From Carpediemonas membranifera BICM (taxonomy: Eukaryota > Protista > Fornicata), in NCBI GenBank assembly GCA_019828565.1, contig JAHDYR010000028.1, positions 134,300 through 198,299 on the forward strand: a stretch of DNA of 64,000 nt, given 5' to 3'. Under the pieces are notes generated by a model. It ran no database searches and had not been told where the DNA came from. It saw nothing but the letters and a program-made list of their open reading frames with translations. This document shows, piece by piece, positions 45,274 through 57,185 of this stretch. The stretch's first letter is position 1. Every line of letters starts with the position of its first letter. A program made the position numbers and the translations under genes.

Positions 45274-45334
45274 CGCACTTTAAAGCAGCTTTATGTGAGA
45301 AATGTATTGCATATAATTCTGCATTCAGAAGACG

Positions 45335-46193
45335 ATGGCTAGAACAAAGCAAACGGCTCGCCGGCCTACGCAAGGTGGAAAGGCGCCTCGCAAGCAGTTA
45401 GCAGCGATAGCTGCGCGGAGAGCGAATACTTCGTCGTACCGCACCTACAAGCCGTTGTCTCAGGCCGCGTTGGAGAATTGCACGGCAGTCCTGCAAAAGG
45501 CTGATGCTGATATCCAAGAAACTATTCTGTCGTGCATCAAGAAGACGGAGGCGCACAACTTCAAGCAGATGGTCAAGAATTCAACACGAGCTGGTTTCCG
45601 ACTTGCATTCAACACTGAGTCCGAGTCTGTCCACATGAACCCATCGAGGAAGGACGAGGTGGCAGCGCGGGCAGAAGCTGCTTACCAATCAGCGCTGCAT
45701 GCCTTCCGCAGCGTTGACCCTGAGACTGCTGCGACAGAAGATATGAAGACACTGCTTGACACCTTAGCGGTTGCTCTTGACGCAACGCCAGATGTGCCAC
45801 ATGCTCGCCTGGATCCTGAAGAACAGCGTCGGTTCCTGAAGCTGAAGGATACGAAGAAATTCTCCAAGTACTGCCTTCCTCGCAGTGACGAGAAGTTTTT
45901 TCTCGACCAATCTTCGCGCTGCCTTGCGCGAACACCTGGCGAAGGTGTTTCCAAACCTCCCTTGGAACAAGATTGTCTCCTGCTTCTCCCCTGAAGCGAT
46001 CAATGCTGATTTCTTTATCCTGTCCACGAGCAATGCCACCTACGACGAAGCTTGCCTGACAATGCCGTCTGATGAGAGAAAGAAGCTTCGCAACCATCTT
46101 TCCATGACTGAAGAACGGCAGATTGCTCGTCAAGAGATGGAGGTTGAGATTTACCAGTTTTTAAGAGAGCTCGGTATGTTCTCTACAGTGTAA
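45335..46193 (+). CDS. Protein with N-terminal histone H3-tail mimic (probable frameshift near 45900)
   Basis: [29 protein letters not shown] followed by sequence unrelated to the H3 fold. Confidence 0.75.
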
Positions 46194-46282
46194 AAGATGC
46201 AATTGTTGACCATTGACTCGATCAGCGCGCCTCTAAACCCCACTATTCGAAGGCGTCTCTGCGGGCTGAAGAGACATAAAGG

Positions 46283-47041
46283 TTAAAACAGTTTAAGGAA
46301 CTCGTCCAACGTCTTCGCATTGTGCGTCATGGCCACCTTGTCCTTCTTCGTCAACCTCGATTTGGTACCCTTTCTCTTCACAGTCGTCTTCTTCTTCTTA
46401 GAAGGCTCCCAGCTCCCATTGGCGCATGCTTTTCTTAGCTTCTTCTGCTCTAATCTGTACTTCTCCTCCTCCGTCATGTCTGCTTCCTTTTTCTTTGCCT
46501 TCGCCTTCTTCTTCGACTTCATTACATCTAACTTCTTCGCCTTCTCTGCATCCTCCTGGACCACGCGAGAAATTGAGTGCTTCACGTCCTTCGGTACATC
46601 ACGATTCCTCGCATGCTTAACCACGACAAAGACATTATCGTCAGTGCCGCCACCTTCAAGGATGACCTTGTCCTTTGGGATCTTGCTGGTGGCAACCAAG
46701 AAGCAGATCGGCTTCTTATCCACCTTGAATAGGGCAAACCTGCAGTTGCCAGCAGCCGAATGATGGCAAAGCTTGTTGACGCATGCTTCATCAGGAGTCA
46801 TGAGGTGCAGCTGTGACGATAGCTGAATCCGAGAAGGCTGATCGCTAAGAACACCCTTGGCAATCCCGAGCACTTCTCCCTCATCAACATCGCCAGCCGT
46901 GACCAAACCATACATCATGTCATCGCCCTTTGACACCATGCATGTGCTGCACTTCAGAGAAATGAGCGATTGGCCGTCAAGCTCGACAATTTGGTCATCA
47001 TCGAAAGGCAAGGCGTCTATCTTCATCGCGGCTTCGCCCAT
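46283..47041 (-). CDS. Divergent SET-domain protein with Lys-rich tail
   Basis: YGLVTAGDVDEGEVLG..KG, KLCHHSAAGNC (cf. RFINHSCxPN), FLVATSKIPKD. Confidence 0.6.
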   Translation of the reverse strand: MGEAAMKIDALPFDDDQIVELDGQSLISLKCSTCMVSKGDDMMYGLVTAGDVDEGEVLGIAKGVLSDQPSRIQLSSQLHLMTPDEACVNKLCHHSAAGNCRFALFKVDKKPICFLVATSKIPKDKVILEGGGTDDNVFVVVKHARNRDVPKDVKHSISRVVQEDAEKAKKLDVMKSKKKAKAKKKEADMTEEEKYRLEQKKLRKACANGSWEPSKKKKTTVKRKGTKSRLTKKDKVAMTHNAKTLDEFLKLF

Positions 47042-47259
47042 GTCCGCCCAATTTGCATAGACACGACGCGCAAGCTCTTCCGGAAAGCAATCGCAGCAAA
47101 GTTGACAGTTCCACTTTCTTGCTGCATTCTACGCAGTTTATACCAGCAGTTTATACGCAGCAATGACACAGCACCAAGAGCGTGGCACACAACCCTTCAA
47201 TGACCCATGTAAGGTTGGGTGGGTCTTATGTCAGGCTGTTTCTTTTCAATCATTTCAAT

Positions 47260-48090
47260 CATATCCTGCACAGACTTCGTTGATGAAGAAGTTCTGCTAT
47301 GACGAAGCCGGCTTGTCGCGACGAGAACTGGGCCATAGAACTGAAATCGGCATCCGAATATCGCGGCACGCATGGGTATTTACCCCCAGAAATGTTCAAA
47401 GTGTGTTCGTGTTCGGTCATTCCGCCGTCAACGAGCGCCATACGAGACCTCCAAGCATACGCGCATGACTGCATCGGCTCTTCCCGCCTGTTCTTCATGT
47501 CGTCACACCTGCCTCCGACATTTACTCGTGCGGTGTAGTCATTGCTCTTTTACGGTCTCCCCAAGTCCCCCTTTGCCGCGAAGGTGACTGACATGGCGCA
47601 GATCGACAACAAGAAGAAGAATAAGATGCTGAAGCTTGGTAGCTTGCTGAACTGGTGCCACTTCTATGGTGGGCAGTTGCAGTTGTCACGTAAGACACTC
47701 GAACCGCTCAGAGATTGTCTCAACTTCGTGAACGTGAACTCTGCACTACCGATTCGCGGCACAACGCCACCCACTTGCCTCGGAATGTACGACCTGGCAA
47801 TGCAGATGCTCCCACTTCGACCCAACGAAGCGTCCCACTGCTGCCGAATGTCTTGACAAGCTCAAGGTCATCATGCGCGTGCATGAATGCGTCGCCAAGC
47901 CGAGTCCGCTTCTGTTAGATGACACTGAACAGGTCTTACTCTCTGTAGATCAGCGAAAGAGAATGGTCGACTGCTGCCAACTGGGGTCCTGGAGGAAAAG
48001 TTTAGAGATGCGATTCGAAAGGGTCGTAGCATTGAACTCGAAACCATGAGTCCTAAGAACACCGGCGCATGCCCAACACTCACCCCGGTG
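47260..48090 (+). pseudogene. Degenerate second kinase, paralogue of 41893-43145
   Basis: RGTHGYLPPE, DIYSCGVV and YDLAMQML spread across frames. Confidence 0.6.
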
Positions 48091-49419
48091 AAGTACTGGC
48101 CGTGGTTTGAACATATACCGACACATAACTGGGTAAATACGTAAAATGTTGTGCGAAAATTGCGTCTTGTTCTGCACAGAGCGATGACGAAACTAAAAAC
48201 GGAACAAGAAGAGGCCTGAAGATTTAACTGCCCGGCGGTGCAGGTTCGTCAAGTGGCCGGAGATGCCGCTTCCAGTAAGGTGTATGCCGTACAGCTCGCC
48301 GTATCCATCTCCGTGCCCGTCTCCATCCCCACTCCGCCTTCAACGCCAGCCCCCGCCACGCCTGTTGTAAGTCCGCCTCCATCTCCTGTCCGCAGTTCAC
48401 CACCGAGTCTCGAAATCGAATCACCTCACTACCATGATTCCCCGCAATACCATGATGTATGTGATGACCATTAAACGATCTCCTTCTATACAATGACTTC
48501 TGAAGCCGTCCGACCAACGGCACAGAACGGTTTATAGCATGCATATGATCCATTCTGGTGCCTTTATCCTCTATAACCAACATCAGTCCATCAAAATGAA
48601 TCTTGCAACAGAATACTCATCCACACGCATCGAGAACGAAAAAGAAGCATATAACCAACATCAACAACCTAATAGAAGGCTGCATGCAAGCGTAGAGCTC
48701 TCCTAGTCGATTCTTCAATTTATCAAGCATCAATCTCCACGTCAGGATGAGAAACTGTGCGCCCAAAAGCTCAGAGATGCCGTTATAGATGATATAACGA
48801 CGTCTCTGAGCTTTTCAGCGATGTCAGTTTTCTGGCCACGTCAAGTTCGGCTCTGCGAAAATAACAGTGCATTGCACTATAAGTCATACATTTGGAATAC
48901 AGCAATGCACTGTTATTTTCGCCAAAACCACGCTGACCTACCATTGTCCATGGGCTTGACGGGGGTGATCTTCTCGGCTTGGATTTGGCTGAAACTTGGT
49001 ATATGTGTAGTATTTGATATGTTAGGACGGATCCAAGATTTTTTACATATCGTTCGAGTCTATTTACCGAGATATACGTAAAGCAAAATTAGGGTTGAGT
49101 CTATTCTGGCTGAAAAGCGGTATGGTGGGTTCTCTGACTGTCTGAACACGGCTCCAGAAGTTTTACGTGATGAATTGGCATATTTATATTGCTTTGCGTA
49201 AACAGAAAATTTTGACAGTACCTACAATCAACTACCTGCATATACATGCTATAAACATGCTTAAAAATGCCTTCAGTCATTACGTGCTATATACTAAAAG
49301 CTCTTCCTGCATCTTATTTCGAAAGAACAAAATATTCACTCTGAAAATAACACTGCATTTGCTGTGAAATTTTGGAAAAAGATGCTAGATATCACTATTC
49401 TACGCAGCTGGATTCGTGA

Positions 49420-51036
49420 GCATCATGAGAAGACCGTTAGGATTTGCTTCTGCTGCACCTGGTCAAGAGCGTAAGGCTATTCGAGCAGATAAGAGTATGT
49501 TCGAGATGGTTCGCACTCCCGGACGAATAAGAGCCGCTTGGAGCACCTCAAGGAGCACAAAGTGATAACGAAGACAGCCCTGAGATGCGCGCTGGTCGAT
49601 AACATCGTCATTGACGAGATTCGTGATGTGTTGGTCTCGCTGGCCGAGTTTCACTAATGGATCTCATCAGCAAGGCTTCCCTTCCCGAGCTCATGGCCAT
49701 TAGTGACGACCTTGCTGGCCCCGAGCTGTCTAAGGTTCCTGCAGGCTTGTTTATGGAGGATGATCAGGTTGAAATCGTGCGGAAGCAGTTTTTGACCACT
49801 ACACCGGATCAGCGATCACCTTTGAGGATAACCGCGAGGCTGTCATGCCGTCACATCGTGGCTCTATTCATCTAGAAGGAACAGGCCGTCTCTTTCTTCC
49901 AGATCAAGTCAACCTGATCCTTCGCGCTCTCTTCGTCGCCCCTGAGGCACTGTCGAGGAGCCCGCCGCGTGCATTCCCCCCTACGAGGACATTCTTTTCT
50001 GGTTTGCAAGAATGATCCGGGAAGCGATGTGACATCAGCCCAGCGAGCGGTTGCGTCGAGATGTTGCCAAGGCAGCCGCCGAAGCTATTCAGGCAAGGAA
50101 TGACCGCGAGGAAGCCATACACTCGCGAACTCGTTACTGCATCCCATGTCGCGCGAGATACAGGGCAGCTGCATATGTGACTTTACCACCCGCCAGCGAC
50201 GCCGTGGAATTTTCCGACACTGACGAGGACGAGTCCGATGGCCACGCTGAACCGGCCGCCATGCAGGGTGACGGCGTTCCTTTGCCCCAGACTGATCAAG
50301 ACGTCGAAGTAGGAGTCCGATGTGGACGACACAGACACCGTTGGTCTCCAGACGGTTTACGATGTTGATGCAGAGAGGCCGATCATGACGTCCGCGAGAG
50401 CCAGTGTCCCTGCTTAATCACAGCTTAGCACAGCTAGACGACACCATTGCAGGCCTTGATGATGTACCCGAGTCTGTGCGCTTGTTGGAGCAGTGCAGGC
50501 CCTTGTGATAGAAAACGCAGCTTGCTGAGGAGAGGGAGGCGAGGAGGCGCTTGAACAGGCTAACAAGTTGAGGAGTCCCAGAAGAACTAGAAGCTGAGTT
50601 AGGTCAGCAGAAGGGCGAGGATCAGGCGATCCATCAGTTTACTCAAGCAGGATTGGCGCGCGCGAGTGAGGCTGGGCGCCGAAGCACTCGCCGATGAACT
50701 CGAAGACAACTGGGCGGAGCTTATCGAGGCGCGCCGAGGGAGGGCAACAATCCGAGCTTGACCGCTACGTTGCTCTCGCTGCCTGATGGAACTGTTCCAG
50801 AGGAGCTGAAATGTGGCTGGAGCACTTTGTGGACTCGGATCAATAGCACCATGATGAGGTGCAGGGGCCAGAAGTTCATAACGGTCCCACCCCTAGACCT
50901 CGGTCTTACGCCTGAGATGAAGGCTATCATCACTGCAGCACTCTCGAGAGAAGAAGACAAAAGCTCGTGTAACACAGGGAGAGAAGCTGGAGTTTCCCCT
51001 GGAAGGGCGTTCATGCTAGTGGAGCAGTTGAAGTAA
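49420..51036 (+). pseudogene. Fragmented unknown ORF(s)
   Basis: Series of short coding-like ORFs (49657-49875, 50051-50368, 50758-51036); no recognisable family. Confidence 0.3.
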
Positions 51037-51522
51037 ATGGGCACGGCGACAGGGCGGAACAAGCAACCGCGAAATAGAGATATCAGGTCATCCCTGACAT
51101 TGTATGGCGAGAACTGTTCTCAGTCTCCGCTTTGGGAGCTCTAAGATCAGTCTGAGATGAGTTACAGATGTCCACACGGTATTCGTCAAACTGAGCACTT
51201 CTCCAAATGAAATGTACTCGTGCTGCTTTAATGAGTCTTTGTTGTGAGTCATAAACATGAGCTTTCAATTGCCTTCATTTGCCTGTTTCTGCCATTATTG
51301 ATCTGCATATATTGATTCCGGCGACTATCTAAACAAAAGCGGCTTTGAATTTCTTCAACAATGCCATGATTCGCATGCGCATAATGTCCACGATGAAATG
51401 GCAGGCTTGACTCGCGATGCTGGCTCCCTCAGGCGTTTCTAGATGTTGTGGTTTCATTGGTTTCATTCTCAGTGACACCCTTTACGCCATAATTCATTTA
51501 CGTTATAAACATATCGAACGAA

Positions 51523-52752
51523 ATGAAGCAAGTGCCGAAAAAGAAGTCTCCTGGAACCTATCGCGCGTTCACTGGTCATGATCTTACTACAAATCTTTCA
51601 AAGATCACTTTTCGGGCCATGTTGACATGCTTCTTTGTCATTGTCGATGATATCGACGTAGACAGTGGCCTCTCACTGGGAATGCCCAAAGACTCCGTGT
51701 TATCGGCCTATAACACTGTCGTGTCGAACTTGCTTGTCCCTGTGTACGGTGGTTTTGTTGCTTTGAAGAAGAAGAACTTCAACGAGAAGGGGTTGCTAGA
51801 CTGGGCGAGAGATTTGGGTTATAAGCTCGGTTACACCAAGACTAAGCCGATCATCTACCACCAGTTGACGCCGAAAGAGAAGCCTAGCGCCAAGGATCTG
51901 TCAGTTTTCATGAAGGAGATGGCGAATGTCCTCAGACTAGCCAACGCCCCTGATATGGACATCGAGAACCTGAAGAAGATGAAGTTCATCTTCCCGACAG
52001 GTCTACTTCTTGATGCCAGGCAAAGATATCACAAGCAAAGCGTGCAGACCAAAAGGCTGAGGGGAGATGAACCCAGCTTTCCTGCGTCTCCAATCAAATC
52101 TGAGTCACTGCTCAACGATAACAGCCTTCTTGGATCCATTAAGACTGAAAGAGATGCGAAGACTCCCGCTCGTGACTCTTCTCTGACAAATCCTTCGGTC
52201 CAACACCAAATGATCCAGGATCTTCACCAATACGTTGTTGGTGAACGAAAGTTCGATATGGCACATCAGCAAGAGCTGAAGCGTCCTACTGCTGATGACA
52301 GTGATGACAGTGATGTCAGCATTGCTGAGAAGACAGGTCCGCTGATTTCTTTCGATATGTTTATGCGTCAACTAGCATTTTGCTGCGGGCATTGCACTTC
52401 CCCGGATTGGTTGGGCAATCCGGAGAACGAAACTGACTTCGCCCAGTGCGGATCATGCAACCGCTACTACCATGGGAGGTGCGTGAGGTGGCTCAGCAAT
52501 GGGAAGAAGGCCATTACCAATTTCACGTGTCCGGATTGTGCTGCTGCTTCTGAATGCACCCGCTGCAAGGCTAAGATCAAATCGTCAAAGGGAAGGGACT
52601 CTTTCTTCTGCAACATGTGCAAATCTTGGTATTGCAAGCCATGCGGTGTGGCCATGTGGGAGACCTCGATTGATGGAACCGTTGCCAGGTTCTTATTTTG
52701 CCAGGTCTGCAAGGAAAGCCTCCTGGCACTGAATCCGAGTCTGGCATTGTGA
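51523..52752 (+). CDS. PHD-finger protein with second Cys-rich finger
   Basis: CGHC..AQCGSCNRYYHGRCV..FTCPDC (C4HC3), then CTRC..CNMC..CKPC..CQVC. Confidence 0.8.
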   Translation: MKQVPKKKSPGTYRAFTGHDLTTNLSKITFRAMLTCFFVIVDDIDVDSGLSLGMPKDSVLSAYNTVVSNLLVPVYGGFVALKKKNFNEKGLLDWARDLGYKLGYTKTKPIIYHQLTPKEKPSAKDLSVFMKEMANVLRLANAPDMDIENLKKMKFIFPTGLLLDARQRYHKQSVQTKRLRGDEPSFPASPIKSESLLNDNSLLGSIKTERDAKTPARDSSLTNPSVQHQMIQDLHQYVVGERKFDMAHQQELKRPTADDSDDSDVSIAEKTGPLISFDMFMRQLAFCCGHCTSPDWLGNPENETDFAQCGSCNRYYHGRCVRWLSNGKKAITNFTCPDCAAASECTRCKAKIKSSKGRDSFFCNMCKSWYCKPCGVAMWETSIDGTVARFLFCQVCKESLLALNPSLAL

Positions 52753-52964
52753 GAGTAAAGGAAGGAAGAAGCGATCCAGCCTTTATGTAATTTAATCACT
52801 TGCGGCTTATCTACATACAGCGGCCGGCCGGGGTTAGCCACTCACTGGGGTCAACATCATCCCACGGCAGCAAATTCGCTGCAGTAGATTGACTGTCGTC
52901 CCCGCTGGGGAAGGTGGGGAAGGTGTGGAGACGTTTCTATTACGCGTTTATTGGGCAATGTGGG

Positions 52965-54359
52965 TCAAACAACAATTTCTGCTGGTATTGGTTTCTCATA
53001 CAACGGCATCCATGGAAGAGTTGGTGTCCACCGCAGAATATTGTTGTACGCGTACCACCGTTTGTTGAGTGGGTTGAACAGCCAGTAAGTGCTGGGGGAC
53101 TTATCCATCAGTGTCACTGCATATTTTGATGCCTCAAAGCGCGCAATAGCAGGAAACCCATGCGATTGTCTCGAAACCACAGTTTGTCTGCTCCCGCCGT
53201 CTACTCGCACATAGATAAGGACGTTGTTGGGCAATAGCACAAACTTGGAAAGTGGGTACAACCTATACACCTCATGTTCGCTGCAAGGAATCGGGTTTGG
53301 GTCCAAAAATAGAGATCGGACAATGTTGGGGATGAGTCGGGATCTACCGATGAGATAGCAATCATTGCCAGATCTAACGATCATAAACCTAGACTGTGCA
53401 ACAAAGATGATTGCGTCGATCCAGACAGGTGTCCTCCTGAACCCCGGATGGGCGACATCCGTCATGTCATCAGCGGGAATATGACCAGTGGTATTACCGG
53501 TGAAGAACTGGGCTGGGACTATATTCTTTGTCTTGGATGCCCGGACCGTTCCGGACAAGATAACAAGTCCAGGCACGGCCCTGATCCCTCCAAGATTGAC
53601 GGGAAGTTTCACCTTAGCAAACGAAGAGAATCGGTGAGTGAGGGCCACATCGTGTCCAAACCAAGCCATCATATTAACGCCATACTCCTGAGAAGGCGCT
53701 GTAACGAGCACCCCGTGCATTGTGTGCAACATGATGTAAGTGTTGCAGTGGCAGTCAAGAACAAATCGATGCCTGCACCACAGATGCATCTTGGCAAGCT
53801 TCTCAGCTATGGCTGCGGGGAAAACCGCCTGATGGACAGATGTAACACGAGCGAACCACAAGTTGCCAATGTAGAACGCCTTGCTGGTTGAGAAGAAGAA
53901 ACACTTGCCATCAGACCAGAACCGCATGATCCGGTGACGGAATGAACGATGATTGTCGTGGAAGACAAACCCACAATAATGCACGAGCTCTGATGCATCA
54001 TAGCTCTTGATGACAGTCCGATCTCTCTTAGCAACACTATGTGAAAACATGAACTTCCTGCACATGAACCAGAGAGCGCTCGAGTCACCATCGGTCACCG
54101 TCCTCAGTATGGCCCACAACGTCCCTTGTATAAGCGTGTGAAGACGGTCGGGCAGCGATTCGCCTTCGCGAAGCTGAACATCCATGCTTAGCTGTGGATG
54201 GCTTCGCAGTTTGATGACGCGAGAGAGAATCCGGGCAACCTGCGATGCCTGATCCGAATTCTCAAGCTCTTGCGCGTGAAGACAAGCAAGCTGAAGCATG
54301 TCATCAAACGTCTCCAGGTCTTGAAAGATGTGATAGAAATGCGAACGCGCAGGGAACAT
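52965..54359 (-). CDS. Hypothetical protein, beta-rich C-terminus (possibly divergent RCC1-like)
   Basis: Intact 464-aa ORF; fold assignment tentative. Confidence 0.5.
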   Translation of the reverse strand: MFPARSHFYHIFQDLETFDDMLQLACLHAQELENSDQASQVARILSRVIKLRSHPQLSMDVQLREGESLPDRLHTLIQGTLWAILRTVTDGDSSALWFMCRKFMFSHSVAKRDRTVIKSYDASELVHYCGFVFHDNHRSFRHRIMRFWSDGKCFFFSTSKAFYIGNLWFARVTSVHQAVFPAAIAEKLAKMHLWCRHRFVLDCHCNTYIMLHTMHGVLVTAPSQEYGVNMMAWFGHDVALTHRFSSFAKVKLPVNLGGIRAVPGLVILSGTVRASKTKNIVPAQFFTGNTTGHIPADDMTDVAHPGFRRTPVWIDAIIFVAQSRFMIVRSGNDCYLIGRSRLIPNIVRSLFLDPNPIPCSEHEVYRLYPLSKFVLLPNNVLIYVRVDGGSRQTVVSRQSHGFPAIARFEASKYAVTLMDKSPSTYWLFNPLNKRWYAYNNILRWTPTLPWMPLYEKPIPAEIVV

Positions 54360-54614
54360 AAAAGAAGACCCTTGTGGCTTGTTCTAAATAGCCCGGCAGG
54401 TTGTTGGGCAAAGTTTTGCACAGGACACAAGAGTTCCAGTAAAGGTCACAAACACTGAGCGACAATTGTCTGTGATTAGAATCAGTCATGTTCCCCCTAT
54501 AGCTGTTCTTAAACTGCACTGCCAAAATGAGGTGGAGAAAATGGCATCGACATTTTTTTACGTAGGACCAATATAAACAGCGAAAAAACGTAAAGGAAAC
54601 AAAACTGGGAGGAC

Positions 54615-57185
54615 ATGCATATCTCCACACAAGCTACTTTGGTCATCTGGAGAATGACACCTTACGGTAACATTCTAGCACCATCAAGCGTTTCCGCCGT
54701 CAATGTCATTCTAGCAAACGTTTACACCTCGATCCAAGGACACCACGCTAATGGCATGGATCGACGGTTCCGTCAATGCGATAAGGATTCGCGTTCGTTG
54801 TTCAAGGCTGTCTTGCTATCTCTAACTGATGGTGATATTGACAAGAGCATTCTTGATCCTGTCTTTGTTTCCTTGCTTGATGGTAATACGGATCGTTTTC
54901 GACGTAACATATGTGCTACTGTCAGAGAGTACACACCAACATGGTCCCATGCCTTCTCACCTGCGTCGGACGAGAGAGATAGCTTGTGCGAGGACAACCA
55001 CCTGCTACTCGAGAAGATTGAGAACACCGAGCATGCATTTCAGTTCGCAATGGCGCTCAAGCGGATCACTGAAGGTGTCAATGTCGTTGATGATGAGGTT
55101 ACTGTCTTTAACGCGATCGCCAAAAGGCTGGGTATCCAGACCATGAAGTTTGATGTCTCACATTATGCTCTCAAAGACCTTGGGTGTGATATTAGGAACG
55201 TGTTCGGAGTGAAAGAAGCCATGAAAGATCACGAGGCAGATTTTTTCGAGAGTCTTGTACCAGACGAGATACACTGTTCGCACAACACGTTTCGTTATGA
55301 TCAAAACAACCAGAAGTTCCCTCTCGAACATACGACACGTTTCCCAATTGCAGCTGACGCAATAGGCTCCTTGCCGGTTCCGGTCAACAACTACTTACAT
55401 GATGGAACGCACATTACTATCTTCTTCAACAGCGAAGATGAACGAGATCAATGTGTCTCCATGCTTTCCCACCCTCAACCCCACCAAGTTGAAAAGCGAT
55501 CGGTGGGCCTTTGTCAAGTCGGTTAAGTATAACATTTCCAGCCGTATTGCACGAGGCATTCAGTCACCACAGTATCTCGAGACAGCCAGAGATATTTGGT
55601 ATGATACAACGACACATGTTAGCAGAGAAGCGCGTGTTGAAGCTAGCTACATTCCAGTTGACATTCTCATCTGGTTTGATGCATGGCGAGGGACTACGAC
55701 CGCTGTCAAATTCAGGCTGATTGACATGACAGGAGAGGTCTTTCCGCAGAGAGTGACATCACCATTCAGACTGCTTGAGTACCAGGGAAAGGAGGATCTT
55801 TTGCCAACATACTTTGAGTATATTCAGTCTAACGTGGAAGAGGCAATCCAGAAGTCATTCCAAGTGCGAGAAACTGGAAGGTGGGCAAGAATCAACAGAG
55901 TATTGCTGATTGGTGACCACCCTGCCATGTCGACAGTTGTGGGCTCGCTGCAAGGAGGGCATTATCCATCGCCTTTCCAATCGAATAGTAAGCGAAACAT
56001 GGGTTGGATGCCGTTTGGCGCCACGTTCCGGACCACACTTCAGCACGTCCTCCAAGCCAAAGAAGGTAGTATTGCTGAATCTACATCGGGTATTCCAGAT
56101 CCTGCCGCGCACTGGGGCAGCTTTCTCCCTGGCGACTGACCGAAGGCGTTCGTTGGAATACAGAAGAAGAAGGTTACGTCAAACTCTCTTTGAGGGATCG
56201 TCGATTGCTCCTGACAGTGTGTTTCTTATCCCCCAATCATGCACTGTTGCCATCATTTCATGGGTCAGGTGGCCCTAATGGCGGGAATGTTCAAACCGCG
56301 GAATGACGGCTCACGAGAAGAGAACGCTCAGTGGGGACGTTATCTGCAATCTATCCAAGATTTCAAACCGCCAGATCGTACAACTGGGTGTAATGAGCAT
56401 ATGTTAGGCCGCAGGTTGATGGCCAACATGGCAACGACGTACTATCATGCGTTTCCTGTCTCTGTTCAGTCCATCTTCAGACTAATGGGATATCTTTTTC
56501 TCCCATTATTACTCAACTGCGACAGTGACGGAAGATATCGTGTGGTGGCATCGAGTTGCTGCACTGTTGGTCCACTTACTCCATGTAAGCCTCTCCTTGG
56601 TCACTGATAAGCCCATCCCGGTTCCCACACCATCCGAGGCAAAAATCAATGCGGCCATTCACTCAGACGCTATATAGCAATGCAATTGTCGCAACCATTC
56701 CCGAGATACAAGCCGCAACAATGCTTCCTTTTGGTGTCATCATTGAGGAGTACTTCGAGAGAGACTTCATTGGCAACCAGGATGCTCGTGTACATTTGAG
56801 GAGGAACACAGTTCTGCAGCAAGTTATTCTGAGAGAACAAGCGGAGATGTTCTATCGGTTCCTGCGCGGTCCTGTATCTTATGGTCGACGTGAGGGCCAC
56901 GTACCACTTCTTTCCCCTCTGATCAGCCTCCGAGTACACAAATGTTGCAAAGATCACGCTCAATGGATTCGTATTCAACAGGATATGACAGAAACGTTGC
57001 CAAAGTCTGATGTCAACGATCTGAATAGAAAATTCGAGCAGAACGTCGCTCATTTGTGGGAAAGCATGCTGAGACGAGCGCGAAAGTCATGGAACAATGA
57101 AGACTGGCTGTTTATCAAGGTTCGGGATGATCGTGAGAACGGTGTTCGTCTTGACGTGTGTCTATGCAGAGAAGGCTGTCCATAA
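54615..57185 (+). pseudogene. DDE transposase (Chapaev/Transib/CMC-like) split by several frameshifts
   Basis: ILIWFDA (D1), YQGKED, LLIGDHPAM..VG..G.YP (D2), IPPIMH (after +1 C), GVIIEEYFE (E). Confidence 0.65.

Noticed and set aside
45335-46193. Canonical histone H3 or CenH3 gene
   Set aside because: No histone-fold sequence (e.g. LLIRKLPF) follows the tail.
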